This document shows positions 40,682-51,381 of a stretch of DNA of 64,000 nucleotides, in pieces. Every line of letters starts with the position of its first letter. The first letter of the stretch is position 1. Under the pieces are notes generated by a model. It ran no database searches, was not told where the DNA came from, and was given only the letters and a program-made list of their open reading frames with translations. Source of the DNA: an uncultured Candidatus Rokubacteria bacterium. GTDB lineage: Bacteria > Methylomirabilota > Methylomirabilia > Rokubacteriales > CSP1-6. Where the stretch lies: contig CAVWFS010000019.1 of the NCBI GenBank assembly GCA_963754315.1, positions 832,001 to 896,000 of the forward strand. Direction: 5' to 3'. A program made the position numbers and the translations under genes.

Positions 40682-41773
40682 ACATCGTCACCGTGGTGGG
40701 CGCCCGCCCGAACTTCGTGAAGATCGCCCCGATCATGGTCGAGTTGGGCCGCTGTCCGGAGCTATCTTCGATGTCTGATTCACACCGGTCAGCACTACGA
40801 CGGGCCTATGTCCGAGCAGTTCTTCGCCGATCTCGACTATCCGGCCTCCCGACATCAACCTCGAGGTGGGCTCCGGCTCACACGCCGCTCAGATCGCCGA
40901 GGTCATGCGGGGCTCGAACCCGTGCTGGAGCGTCTGCGCCCTGATATGGTGCTGGTGGTCGGAGACGTGAACTCGACATTCGCCGCGGCCATCATCGCGG
41001 TCAAGATGAGCATTCCCGTTGCCCACGTCGAAGCCGGTCTCCGAAGCTTCGATCGCACGCATGCCGGAGGAGATCAACAGGATCCTGACCGATGCTGTCG
41101 CGGACTGCTCTTCGCCACCGAGGAGACCGCGCAGACGCAACCTGGCCGCGGAGGGCGTCGCCCCAGAGCAGCATCCATTTCGTCGGCAACGTCATGATCG
41201 ATACGCTCTTGCCGCTTCAAGACCAAGGCGTCGGCCTCACGAATTCTCGAGGAGCTCGGCCTCGCCCACCGCGGATTCGTGGTGTTGACTCTACATCGTC
41301 CGAGCAACGTGGACAGTTCGGAGGCGCTGCAGCGCCTGCTCGGTGCCCTCGCCTGCATCGGCTCCGATGTGCCCATTGTCTTTCCGGTTCATCCAAGGAC
41401 GTGGCCGCGGCTGAAACGAGCACAGTCGACGACGGCCATCGCCCGTGGCCTCAGGTTGATCGATCCACTGTCCTATCTCGACTTCATCAAGCTCATGAGC
41501 AGCGCTGTCTGCGTGCTGACCGACTCCGGCGGCATCCAGGAGGAAACCACGGCTCTCGGCATCCCCTGCCTGACCCTTCGCACCACCACGGAGCGACCGG
41601 TGACGACCACGTGCGGTACCAATCGAGTCGTGGGGCTCGACCCCGAGAGGATCGCGCGGGCATGGGATGAGGTCCGCGACGGACAATGGCCGCGCGGAAA
41701 CATCCCGGAACTGTGGGACGGACGGACTGCCGAGCGAATTGTGCGCATTCTACGCGGGCGAGAGAGGAACTGA
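40678..41773 (+). pseudogene. wecB: UDP-GlcNAc 2-epimerase (non-hydrolysing), multiply frameshifted
   Basis: GARPNFVK, HTGQHYD, VGDVNST, HVEAGLRS, MPEEINR, GNVMID, TLHRPSNVD, DSGGIQEE spread across three frames. Confidence 0.88.
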
Positions 41774-41782
41774 GAGCATCCG

Positions 41783-42805
41783 ATGGAAATCGTCGAACTT
41801 CGGGGGGAGACGCTGGAGTGGGATACTTTCGTGAGAACCTCCCCCGCTGGCAGTCCGTTTCACCTGGTGCGATGGCGACGCGCGGTCGAGGACGCCTTCG
41901 GGCATCGCGCGCATTACCTGATGGCCCGCGACGGTGGCCGTCTTGAGGGCATTCTTCCCCTCTTCGAGGTCACCGGGCTGCTGGGCGGTCGGGCCTTAAT
42001 CTCTATCCCGTACGCTGTCTACGGCGGGCTATGCGCCAACTCGCCGGCCGCGGGCCGAGAGCTTCTGGAGGCCGCCACCGCCCTCGCCAGGGAGCGCAAA
42101 GCCGCCTACATCGAACTGCGCCAGCGGCAGGACCTCGGTCTCGACCTTCCCACCAAAGCTCTCTACGTCACCTTCGTTCGTCAGATTTCGGACAGCGAGG
42201 AGGCCAACTTCCAGATCATTCCTCGCAAGCAGCGGCGAATGGTTCGTCAAGGGGCCAAGCACGGGCTGCGCGTGGAAATCAGCCCGGATCACTTTGACGC
42301 CTTCTATGACATCTACGCGCGTAGCCTGCACAACCTTGGCTCACCCGTGTTCCCCCGCGCGCTGCTGCGCGGTGTTCTCGCCCACTTCGATAAGGACTGC
42401 GACCTCCTTACCGTCTGGCATGGAAATCGCATGGTTGCGGGTGTCATGAGCCTCTACTACGAGGACGCAGTGATGCCCTACTACGGGGGCGCGAGGCAGG
42501 AGGCGTTCACATACGCCGTCAACGACTTCATGTATTGGGAGCTGATGTGCCATGCCGCCAGGCGGGGCTGCCGTCTCTTCGACTTCGGCCGAAGCCGCGA
42601 GGGGACGGGCCCCTACCACTTCAAGCGACACTGGGGCTTCGAGCCAGCTCCTCTTCCCTACCAATACGTCATGCTGCGCGAGGGTGCCTTGCCCAACCTC
42701 AGCCCGTCTAATCCCAGGTTCCAGCTCGCCACTCGTGTGTGGAAACGGTTACCCCTCTCGGTCACCAAGGCCGTGGGCCCCCTCCTCGCCCGCCACCTAC
42801 CATAA
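41783..42805 (+). CDS. FemAB-like GNAT protein (TIGR03019-like)
   Basis: ISIPYAVYGG, IPRKQRRMVR, HNLGSPVFP, NDFMYWELM, FDFGRS, FKRHWGFEP. Confidence 0.9.
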   Translation: MEIVELRGETLEWDTFVRTSPAGSPFHLVRWRRAVEDAFGHRAHYLMARDGGRLEGILPLFEVTGLLGGRALISIPYAVYGGLCANSPAAGRELLEAATALARERKAAYIELRQRQDLGLDLPTKALYVTFVRQISDSEEANFQIIPRKQRRMVRQGAKHGLRVEISPDHFDAFYDIYARSLHNLGSPVFPRALLRGVLAHFDKDCDLLTVWHGNRMVAGVMSLYYEDAVMPYYGGARQEAFTYAVNDFMYWELMCHAARRGCRLFDFGRSREGTGPYHFKRHWGFEPAPLPYQYVMLREGALPNLSPSNPRFQLATRVWKRLPLSVTKAVGPLLARHLP

Positions 42806-42891
42806 GCCGTGCGGATCCGCGCGCTCGCCAATCGTTCGCTGTTCGCTGTCGGGGTCGTAGCCGCCTTGCCTGTAGCCATCGAGCTGCCATC

Positions 42892-43998
42892 ATGAAGGTT
42901 CGATTCATCACCTCGCTACGCGAGTTCGACGCCCTGGCGCCGATCTGGCAAGAGATCACGCGGGCCAGCGGGCAGACATCGCCCTTCGTGAGCCACGACT
43001 GGTTTGCGTGCTGCTGGAGGGCGGCCGGACCCAACCGCCACCGAGAAGTCTGGCTTCTCGAGGATGCTGCGGGCCCCGTCGCGCTAATTCCGCTGGTCAA
43101 GCTGAGGAGTCGTACACGCGGTTTAAGCGTGCGAACGATCCGTCTCCTCGATTCTCCCGATACGCCCTTCGTGGACTTCCCGGTCGCCCGAGGGATCGAC
43201 GAGGTTATGTCGGTGTTTCTCGACTCGCTTCGACAGCGGCGGGACTGGGACGTCTTTTCGATCAGTAAGCTGCCCATCCATTCCATGCTTTATAAGGTTC
43301 TGGAGGCGACCCTACCCGGGCAATTTCCATGGCGGATTGCCGGCAGAGAGCAGTCCCCCCACCTGGCGATCTCCGGCACGTGGGACGATTTCTTACGGCA
43401 GAAGAGTCCGCGTTTCCGAAAGACGTTCCGCAACGTCGAGAACCGGATGGATCGCAGCGGCAAGGTCGCGATCGAAGAGCATCGCGAGGTCGATCCTGAT
43501 GGGCCGGCCTTCGCCGATGCGCTGGAGGTCTCGCATCAGAGCTGGAAAGGGCCGAGCGGGGTGGCCATGGCGACGATGGAGGGTATGCCGCGCTTCTTCC
43601 GCGAACTCACTCGGCGGGCCAGCGCCAACGGTTGGCTCCATCTCTGGATGCTTCGGCTCGACGGGCGTCCCATCGCCACCGAGTATCAGATCGGCGCTGG
43701 AGGCAGCCTCCACGCCCTCCGGGCCGATTTCGACGCCGCCTTCGCCGACTTATCGCCGGGGGCATTCCTCAATGGCTGCATCGTGAAGACACTCTTTCAG
43801 CGACGGACCGTCCACGAATACGATATGGGCCCGGGCACCAACGAGTACAAACTGCGGTGGGCAAGCGGGACCCACGAAGCGGTTGGCATGGAGATCAACG
43901 CACCAACTCCGTATGGGCGCCTATTGCACAAGGTTGAAACGTGCCTGGTTCCCGCTGCTCGACGGTGGCGCGATCGCCTGGGTCAGGCATGCGGCTGA
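42892..43998 (+). CDS. GNAT acetyltransferase (CelD/BcsL, Acetyltransf_6-like)
   Basis: SPFVSHDW, LWMLRLDGRPIA, LSPGAFL, YDMGPG..EYKLRWA. Confidence 0.85.
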   Translation: MKVRFITSLREFDALAPIWQEITRASGQTSPFVSHDWFACCWRAAGPNRHREVWLLEDAAGPVALIPLVKLRSRTRGLSVRTIRLLDSPDTPFVDFPVARGIDEVMSVFLDSLRQRRDWDVFSISKLPIHSMLYKVLEATLPGQFPWRIAGREQSPHLAISGTWDDFLRQKSPRFRKTFRNVENRMDRSGKVAIEEHREVDPDGPAFADALEVSHQSWKGPSGVAMATMEGMPRFFRELTRRASANGWLHLWMLRLDGRPIATEYQIGAGGSLHALRADFDAAFADLSPGAFLNGCIVKTLFQRRTVHEYDMGPGTNEYKLRWASGTHEAVGMEINAPTPYGRLLHKVETCLVPAARRWRDRLGQACG

Positions 43999-45848
43999 TT
44001 GGTGGACTCGTCAACTGGGACAACCAGCGGCCGGTAGGCCAGTCGAGGCTACGGGCGATGGCGACGGCTGGCGCGCCCGGGGCAGAATCAACTGCCCGGG
44101 TCGGCCTCAACGGATCCATGGGACTCTTCAGTGTCCTTGGCCACTCGAGTCTGGATGACGCGTCCGATATACAGTGGGTCGCTGATCTCGACCTGACCAA
44201 CCTCGACGAGCTGAGAGCCCTGGCCCAGCCGCCGACCGGGAACGGCGGCTGGCTAGCCGCCCTTTGGCAGCGCGAAGGGCCGCGCTTCGTCCGCCGCCTC
44301 CGTGGAGCCTTCGCACTCGCCCTATGGGATGAGCGTCGGCGGACCTTGCTTTTGGCCGTCGACCATCTCGGCATACGGCGGCTTCACTACGCGACCGACC
44401 ATCGCCGGACGGCCTTTGCATCCCGTCCAACCGCTGTACTGCGAGAGGCGGATATCGACCGCAGCGTGGATCTGACGGCTATCTACAACTACTTAAACTT
44501 CGGGTATATCCCCGCCCCCGGCAGCGCCTTCCGGCACGCGCATCGTCTCCCGCCGGGCCATCTCCTCCTCGTCCACGACAGCCACGTCACCCTCGAACAG
44601 TACTGGGATGTGGCCTTCGAGAAGCGTTCTCTCCACGAGGGTGAGACGGCCGGGCAGCTGTACCACTTGACAGAGCACGCGGTTCGCACGGCGGTCGGCG
44701 GGACCGACTCGCAGGAGCTCGGCGCCTTTCTGAGCGGCGGAACCGACAGCAGCACGGTGGTGGGTCTCATGACCGCCATCTCCGGTGCCAAGGTCAAGAC
44801 CTTTTCGATTGGTTTCGGAGAGGAACGTTATAATGAATTGTCCTATGCCGAGCTGACGGCGAATCATTTCGGGACCGCCCACCATACCCATATCGTCACT
44901 CCGCAGGAGGCGTTCAAGCTCCTGCCGGTGCTGGTCGAAGCGTATGATGAACCGTTCGGGAACAGCTCGGCCATCGGCACCCTCGTGTGTGCCGAACTTG
45001 CGCGCGACTTCGGGATACGGATGTTGCTCGCGGGCGACGGTGGCGACGAGATCTTCGGTGGGAACGAGCGCTACCGCACAGATCGGATCTTCGCGCGCTA
45101 TGCTCATATGCCGTCGATCTTCCGGCGCCAGATATTCGAGCCGATTCTCTTCCGCCTACCGGCCGGCGACCACGGGCTGGTGAGGCGTGCTCAACGTTAC
45201 GTTCGGCGGGCCAGCATGCCGAACCCGCGGCGCTTCTACTCGTATGAATTCTTCTTCGCGCAACAGGTCAACGATCTGCTCGATCCGGCCTTCTGCGCTG
45301 CTCTCGATGTCGAGGCACCCTGGAATATCCTCGAGGGACACTACGCGCGCACGGGCACCAGCGAGGAGCTGAATCGGCTGCTCTACCTGGACCTCAAGCT
45401 CACCATCGGTGACAACGACCTCCTGAAGGTCACGCGCACATGCGAGTTGGCCTCGGTAGGTGTCCGCTTCCCCCTCCTCGACCTTGCCCTCGTCGATTTC
45501 ACCGGAACGTGGCCGGCACGCTTCAAGGTTCGCGGCCTGGAGAAGCGTTACCTCTTCAAAAAGACCTTCGCCAAGCTGCTCCCCGCGGCCACCCTGGCTA
45601 AGAAAAAGCACGGCTTCGGTGTGCCGACGAGCGCGTGGCTCAAGGGCGAGCCTGAGTTCATCGCGCTCGCCCGTGACACCCTCCTCAGCTCCCGATGCCG
45701 ACAACGCGGCTATTTTCGTCAGGGGGCCCTTGAGCATCTCTTCCAATGTCAGCAGGCTGACGTCACGCCGTACTACGGAAGCATCCTGTGGACGGTATTG
45801 ATGCTCGAACTCTGGCATCAGCGGCACGTCGACCCGGTGGCGGCATGA
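43989..45848 (+). CDS. AsnB-like amidotransferase lacking the N-terminal Cys
   Basis: LRGAFALALWD, AFLSGGTDSS, GDGGDEIFGG, DLLKV, KKHGFGVP; N-terminus is MRLIGG rather than MCGI. Confidence 0.88.
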   Translation: MRLIGGLVNWDNQRPVGQSRLRAMATAGAPGAESTARVGLNGSMGLFSVLGHSSLDDASDIQWVADLDLTNLDELRALAQPPTGNGGWLAALWQREGPRFVRRLRGAFALALWDERRRTLLLAVDHLGIRRLHYATDHRRTAFASRPTAVLREADIDRSVDLTAIYNYLNFGYIPAPGSAFRHAHRLPPGHLLLVHDSHVTLEQYWDVAFEKRSLHEGETAGQLYHLTEHAVRTAVGGTDSQELGAFLSGGTDSSTVVGLMTAISGAKVKTFSIGFGEERYNELSYAELTANHFGTAHHTHIVTPQEAFKLLPVLVEAYDEPFGNSSAIGTLVCAELARDFGIRMLLAGDGGDEIFGGNERYRTDRIFARYAHMPSIFRRQIFEPILFRLPAGDHGLVRRAQRYVRRASMPNPRRFYSYEFFFAQQVNDLLDPAFCAALDVEAPWNILEGHYARTGTSEELNRLLYLDLKLTIGDNDLLKVTRTCELASVGVRFPLLDLALVDFTGTWPARFKVRGLEKRYLFKKTFAKLLPAATLAKKKHGFGVPTSAWLKGEPEFIALARDTLLSSRCRQRGYFRQGALEHLFQCQQADVTPYYGSILWTVLMLELWHQRHVDPVAA

Positions 45849-46870
45849 GCTCGGCCCAGCCCTCGCCGCTCACACGCTGGGTGGCGGCCGGTCTGTACCA
45901 TAGCCGATTGATGTCTCCCCTGTCCCGGGCGGTCGGATTGGCTGCCCGTCCCCCCGCCTTCCAGATTCTCACCTTTCACCGGGTTAACGATGAGCATGAT
46001 CCCTTTTTCGAGTCGGTCCCCACCCGGGTGTTCGAGCAACGCATGGCCTATCTGGCCGAGACGTGCCACGTGCTGACCGTCGAACAACTGGTCAAGCGCG
46101 CACGGGCCGGGAACCTTCCCTCCAATGCGGTCGCGATCACGTTCGACGATGGCTATCGGGACAATCTGACGCACGGGGCGCCGATTCTCGTACGGCTGGG
46201 CCTCCCTGCCACCATTTTCCTGGCCACAGGGTTCATTGGGACCACCGCCGTCGCCTGGTCCGACCGGGTGGCGATGGCCTTCAAGCTGACCACCCGCGAG
46301 TCGCTGATGACGCCCTGGCGAAAGATCGTCAGCCTTACCAGTCAGACCGACCGGCTGCGCGCCCTCGCGCAGACGATCGCGTTCCTCAAGCAACAGCCCG
46401 ATGACGAGCTTCGCGTCACCGTCGATCGTTTGCTCGAGACCCTGGGGGTGACCGATCAGAAGCCGCTCAAGGATCTCATGCTCACCTGGGACGACGTGAA
46501 CGCGCTGGTGGGATTGGGCTTCTCAATCGGGGCCCACACCGTCAATCACCCGATTCTCTCGCGTGTCAGCGCTCAGCGGGCCCGCACCGAAATCATGGGC
46601 TCCCGTCAGATCATCGAATCAGCGTGCGGCCAAGCCCCCACGTCATTTGCCTACCCCAACGGCACCGCCGACGATTATACGCAGACGGTCACGCATCTGG
46701 TACGCGAGGCCGGATTCACGTCAGCCGTCACCACCCGATTCGGACTCAACACGGCCAGCACCTCGCCATTCGAGCTCAGGCGAGGCGGGCCGTGGGAGGA
46801 AGACCTCCCGACCTTTGCCCTGAAGCTCGCAGGATATCGGCTGCTCGGGGCTCGCGCGAACGTCTCATGA
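45845..46870 (+). CDS. Polysaccharide deacetylase (NodB/IcaB-like)
   Basis: ILTFHRV, ITFDDGYRDN, GAHTVNHPIL, FAYPNG. Confidence 0.92.
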   Translation: MSSAQPSPLTRWVAAGLYHSRLMSPLSRAVGLAARPPAFQILTFHRVNDEHDPFFESVPTRVFEQRMAYLAETCHVLTVEQLVKRARAGNLPSNAVAITFDDGYRDNLTHGAPILVRLGLPATIFLATGFIGTTAVAWSDRVAMAFKLTTRESLMTPWRKIVSLTSQTDRLRALAQTIAFLKQQPDDELRVTVDRLLETLGVTDQKPLKDLMLTWDDVNALVGLGFSIGAHTVNHPILSRVSAQRARTEIMGSRQIIESACGQAPTSFAYPNGTADDYTQTVTHLVREAGFTSAVTTRFGLNTASTSPFELRRGGPWEEDLPTFALKLAGYRLLGARANVS

Positions 46871-48165
46871 AGCGCGTCCTCATGGTCGCCTATCACTTTC
46901 CGCCTGAAGCGAGTAGTAGCGGAGTGCTCAGGACCCTCAAGTTCGGAAAGTATCTGCCCAGCTTCGGGTGGACACCTCATATTCTCACTCTCTGCGAATC
47001 TGCCTATCGAGTGCGTGACGAGCAACTCCTCGCCCAGATCCCACCGACGGCGGTGATCCATCGCGTGCGCGGCTTCGACGCTACCCGCCACCTCGCCATC
47101 CAAGGTCGCTACCCGGCCGCCCTCACCGTGCCCGATCGATTCGTGAGCTGGCTGCCCTTCGGCGCCGCCAAGGGACTCGGCGTGATTCGGTCGATGGGCA
47201 TCCACGCCCTCTATTCGACGAGCCCCTTGCCCACCGCGCACCTCATCGCGGCCGTGCTTAGAACGCGGACGGGGATCCCCTGGATTGCCGACTTCAGGGA
47301 TCCTTGGATCGAGGAAGGGCTCTATCCCCGACCCGGCTCTCTGCGCAACTGGGTCGAAAGGCGGCTGGAACGCATCGTGATAAGCCAGGCCGACCGGATT
47401 ACCGTGACGACCCCGCTCTTTCGGGAGGAACTCGCGCGGCGCTATCCTCAGCTGCCGCCTGAGAAGATCCGGGTCGTCTTCAATGGGTACGACGAGGAAG
47501 ACTTCGAGGGGATCAAAGCCACCCCTCGCACGGATCGTTTCGAGATCCTGCACGCGGGGCTGGTCACGCCGGACTATCGGGACCCGCGACCGCTCCTGGA
47601 CGCGGTGGCGAGCCTAATCGGCGGCGGCCATCTGCCGGCGGACGACGTGAGGGTCGCCTTTCTCGGAGGCGGCCCCTACCTCGACGCGCCTGCCTTCCGC
47701 CAAGTCCTCCAGCAGCGGGGACTAGACCGGGTCGTTGACGTGACTGGTCGCGTGTCCTATGAGGAGTCTCTCGTGCGCATGGGCCAGGCTTCGGTCCTCC
47801 TTCTGCTGCAGGCCTCCGATGACACTCGATCGTTGATCCCCGCCAAAGCGTTCGAGTATCTCCGGGCTGGGAGGCCACTGCTGGCCCTCACCTCCGACGG
47901 AATGACGGCCGAATTACTGCGCACCACCGGGCGGGGCATCGTTGTCCCGCCCGGGAACAGCGAGTCGATCGCGCGCGTCCTACTCGATTTGTACGCGCAG
48001 CACCGTGATACCGACCGGCACGACACGGTCGCCGACCCGGGCAAGGTCGACATCTCGCGCTACGAACGGCGATTTCTGACTGGCGAGCTCGCCCACTTGC
48101 TCGATGAAGTCATCGGCGCCGAAGATGTGGCCGCCACGCCATCCGGCCGCGTCCAGATGGCCTGA
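46867..48165 (+). CDS. GT4-family glycosyltransferase
   Basis: MVAYHFPP, WIADFRDPW, VFNGYD, IPAKAFEYL. Confidence 0.88.
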   Translation: MKRVLMVAYHFPPEASSSGVLRTLKFGKYLPSFGWTPHILTLCESAYRVRDEQLLAQIPPTAVIHRVRGFDATRHLAIQGRYPAALTVPDRFVSWLPFGAAKGLGVIRSMGIHALYSTSPLPTAHLIAAVLRTRTGIPWIADFRDPWIEEGLYPRPGSLRNWVERRLERIVISQADRITVTTPLFREELARRYPQLPPEKIRVVFNGYDEEDFEGIKATPRTDRFEILHAGLVTPDYRDPRPLLDAVASLIGGGHLPADDVRVAFLGGGPYLDAPAFRQVLQQRGLDRVVDVTGRVSYEESLVRMGQASVLLLLQASDDTRSLIPAKAFEYLRAGRPLLALTSDGMTAELLRTTGRGIVVPPGNSESIARVLLDLYAQHRDTDRHDTVADPGKVDISRYERRFLTGELAHLLDEVIGAEDVAATPSGRVQMA

Positions 48166-49490
48166 TGCGCGACATCGTCCTGACTGCCTTCGTGTTCGCC
48201 ATGCTGCCGGTCTGCCTGGTCCGTCCTTGGATCGGCATCTTGATGTGGTCGTGGCTCGGCTACATGAACCCTCACCGGTTGACGTGGGGGTTTGCCTTCA
48301 CCATGCCGTTTGCCCAGCTGATTGCTGTCACCACGCTGATTGGCTTCGTATTCACGAAGGCGCGCGCACCGCTCCCTCGTGTACGTGAGATCTATCTCCT
48401 TCTTGGTCTGTGGGCGGTGTTCACGGTATCGACCCAGTTCGCCCTTTATCCTGAGAGCGCCTGGGATCAGCTGACCAAGGTGTCGAAGATCTTCTTCATG
48501 ACTCTGATCACCATATCCCTCTGCCAGGAATCCCGCAAAGTCCACGCCCTCGTCTGGGTCATCGCGATGTCTCTGGGCTTCTTCGGCCTCAAGGGAGGCA
48601 TCTGGGCGGTGCTCACCGGCGCCGAGAACCAGGTCCTGGGTCCCGCCGGCTCCTTCATCGAAGGCAATACCGAGATCGGCCTGGCGTTGGTCATGAATTT
48701 GCCCCTCCTCCTCTACGTTCGGCGCGAGGAGAAGCGCGGCTGGCTGCGCCTCCTGCTCATAATCATGTTCGGTTTCTCCACGATCGCTATTGTCGGCACC
48801 TATTCACGGGGCGCGCTGCTGGGACTGCTGGTTGTCCTGGCGGTGCTCGTTCTGAAGAGCCGGGCGAGGGTCCTGGCGGTCGTCTTGCTCCTCGTCGGCA
48901 TCCTCCTTGTGACCCCGATGATCCCCGAGAAGTGGTTCGCGAGGATGGACACCATCAACACGTATGAGCAGGACGGATCGGCCATGGCCCGGCTGACGGT
49001 CTGGTACGCCGCCTGGCAACTCGGTCTCGAGCACCCAATGCTAGGAGGGGGCTTCAAGACGTTTGACAAGGCCGTCATCAACAAGTACGTGCCGGAGTGG
49101 AACCTGGACACCGACGCGCACAACATCTTCTTCCAGATTCTCGGCGAACATGGGTTTACTGGTCTCGCACTCTATCTAGCCCTCACGATCTCAACGCTGC
49201 TCAGCCTGCGTCGTCTGGAACGCCGTACCCGTCATGAACCAACTCTGAGCCGGATTCACAACCTCAGCCAGCTCGTACAGGTCAGTCTGGTCGGTTACAT
49301 GGTGAGCGGGTTTTTCCTCGGTCTCTGCTATTTCGACCTCTTCTATCACCTTGTCGCCATCACCATCATCCTTAAGCAGCTGGCGTTGGCCGGTGAACGG
49401 GTGCCGACGGCGCTAGCCACCGAGGCACCTCCCACGTCGCTCGTGCGGCGCCCTAGCCCTTGGGGCCGGCCCGCGCTGGGGAGCGGTTGA
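48165..49490 (+). CDS. O-antigen ligase/Wzy-like protein (TIGR03097-like O-glycosylation ligase)
   Basis: MRD...W..YMNPHRLTWG, TYSRGA, DGSAMAR, AHNIFFQILGEHG; many TMs. Confidence 0.88.
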   Translation: MRDIVLTAFVFAMLPVCLVRPWIGILMWSWLGYMNPHRLTWGFAFTMPFAQLIAVTTLIGFVFTKARAPLPRVREIYLLLGLWAVFTVSTQFALYPESAWDQLTKVSKIFFMTLITISLCQESRKVHALVWVIAMSLGFFGLKGGIWAVLTGAENQVLGPAGSFIEGNTEIGLALVMNLPLLLYVRREEKRGWLRLLLIIMFGFSTIAIVGTYSRGALLGLLVVLAVLVLKSRARVLAVVLLLVGILLVTPMIPEKWFARMDTINTYEQDGSAMARLTVWYAAWQLGLEHPMLGGGFKTFDKAVINKYVPEWNLDTDAHNIFFQILGEHGFTGLALYLALTISTLLSLRRLERRTRHEPTLSRIHNLSQLVQVSLVGYMVSGFFLGLCYFDLFYHLVAITIILKQLALAGERVPTALATEAPPTSLVRRPSPWGRPALGSG

Positions 49491-49493
49491 TAT

Positions 49494-51362
49494 ATGTGCG
49501 GGATCGCTGGCGTTCTTAACCTAAACGGTCGGCCCGCGGACGCTCGGCTGCTTCGGGCGATGACGGACTCGCTCACCCATCGAGGCCCCGACGGGGCCGG
49601 AGCCTGGGTCAGCGGTCCGGTGGCCCTGGGCCATCGGCGGCTCGCCATCATCGACCTCGCCACCGGCTCCCAGCCAATGGGGAACGAAGAGGGGACGGTC
49701 TGGCTCACCTACAATGGCGAGCTCTACAACTTTCGCGAACTGCGAGTCGAGCTCGAAGCACGCGGGTTTACTTTTCGGACGAACTCGGACACCGAGGTGC
49801 TTCTGAGGGCGTACGAAGCGTTCGGCGTCGAATGTCTACTGCGCCTGCGCGGGATGTTCGCCTTTGCTATCTGGGATGACCGCCGCCGCCGGCTCTTTCT
49901 GGCGCGCGACCGAGTAGGCATCAAGCCTCTCGTGTACGCCGCCGACGGTCAGCGCGTGCTCTTCGCCTCCGAAATTAAGGGAATCCTTCAGGACCCGACG
50001 GTCTCGCGTGAGTTGGACTGGGTAGCGGTGCGCGACTACCTTGCTCATTCCTATATCCCAAGCCCGCGCACAATTTTTCGTGGCATCCGCAAGCTTCCCC
50101 CCGGCTCCTATCTCGTCCTCGACGCGGGCATGGCCGAGCCTGAGGTTCGCCGCTACTGGGACCTTCAGTTCAGGCCAGATGAGACGCGGTCAGACGCGGA
50201 GTGGTTGGAAGACTTGCGCTGGCATCTTGGCGACGCAGTCCGCAGTCACCTGGTCAGCGACGTCCCGGTCGGCGCCTTCCTGAGCGGCGGCCTCGACTCG
50301 AGCACGGTGGTGGCCTTTATGGCGGGGGCGGCGGAAGCGCCGCGTACCTTTTCTATCGGCTTCGACGAGACCGAGTTCGACGAGCTTCCGTTTGCCCGCA
50401 CGGTGGCCCGGAGGTACCGGACCGACCATTGCGAATTTGTCGTCAAACCAGACGCACTCGATGTGCTGCCACGCCTAAGCAGGCAGTTCGACGAGCCGTT
50501 CGGTGACGCTTCTGCCGTCCCCACCTACTACGTCTCGAAGATCGCGCGCGAGCACGTCACCGTGGTCCTCTCGGGTGACGGAGGAGACGAGAACTTTGCC
50601 GGCTACTCGCGCTACCAGCGGGCCCAAACCCTCCACAGGCGGCTCGATCATCTGCCCGGTAGCGTTGTACGAGCGCTCCTCCGTCTGGCCGCCCGCTGGT
50701 GGCGGCCCGGCGCCCGCGGGCAAGGCTATCTCGAGCTGCTCGGCGCGGATCCGGTGGAGCGCTACTTCCGGATGGTCACCTTCCACACGAGCGCGAGCCT
50801 GGCTCGCCTCCTCACCGCCGAGGCGCGCGCGCAGGTCGCGCCAAAAGTCGATCCTGCTCTTTTTCGGCGCCTGATCGATGTGGACAACGTATCCGATTAC
50901 CTTTCAACCCTCCAGTACCTGGACATCCGAACTTATCTCCCCGAGGACATTCTGACCAAGGTCGACCGCACTAGCATGCTCGTCTCCCTCGAGTCGCGCG
51001 TTCCCCTGCTCGATCACATCCTCATGGAGTTTTTGGCAACGATGCCGACGCGGCTGAAATACGAAGCCGGCCACGGCAAAGTCATCCTGAAGCGGGCCAT
51101 GGCCAATGACCTGCCCGACGAGGTGCTCCGGCGTCGGAAGATGGGGTTCGGCGTCCCTCTGGGCACCTGGTTCCGCGGCACACTGGCTGACTACTCCCGC
51201 GACCTTCTGACAGGATCCCGGGCGAGCCAACGCGGCATCTTCGACCCGGTCGCGGTAGCCGCCCTGCTCGACGCGCATGCCACGGGGCATGACCGGTCGA
51301 GTCAGATTTGGTCCCTTCTGTGCTTCGAAGAATGGGCACGGCAATGGCTCGACCGATCCTGA
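49494..51362 (+). CDS. asnB: Asparagine synthase-like amidotransferase
   Basis: MCGIAG, HRGPDG, HRRLAIID, NGELYN, LSGGLDSS, KVDRTSM. Confidence 0.93.
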   Translation: MCGIAGVLNLNGRPADARLLRAMTDSLTHRGPDGAGAWVSGPVALGHRRLAIIDLATGSQPMGNEEGTVWLTYNGELYNFRELRVELEARGFTFRTNSDTEVLLRAYEAFGVECLLRLRGMFAFAIWDDRRRRLFLARDRVGIKPLVYAADGQRVLFASEIKGILQDPTVSRELDWVAVRDYLAHSYIPSPRTIFRGIRKLPPGSYLVLDAGMAEPEVRRYWDLQFRPDETRSDAEWLEDLRWHLGDAVRSHLVSDVPVGAFLSGGLDSSTVVAFMAGAAEAPRTFSIGFDETEFDELPFARTVARRYRTDHCEFVVKPDALDVLPRLSRQFDEPFGDASAVPTYYVSKIAREHVTVVLSGDGGDENFAGYSRYQRAQTLHRRLDHLPGSVVRALLRLAARWWRPGARGQGYLELLGADPVERYFRMVTFHTSASLARLLTAEARAQVAPKVDPALFRRLIDVDNVSDYLSTLQYLDIRTYLPEDILTKVDRTSMLVSLESRVPLLDHILMEFLATMPTRLKYEAGHGKVILKRAMANDLPDEVLRRRKMGFGVPLGTWFRGTLADYSRDLLTGSRASQRGIFDPVAVAALLDAHATGHDRSSQIWSLLCFEEWARQWLDRS

Positions 51363-51381
51363 TTCTTTGCGAGCGAAGATA

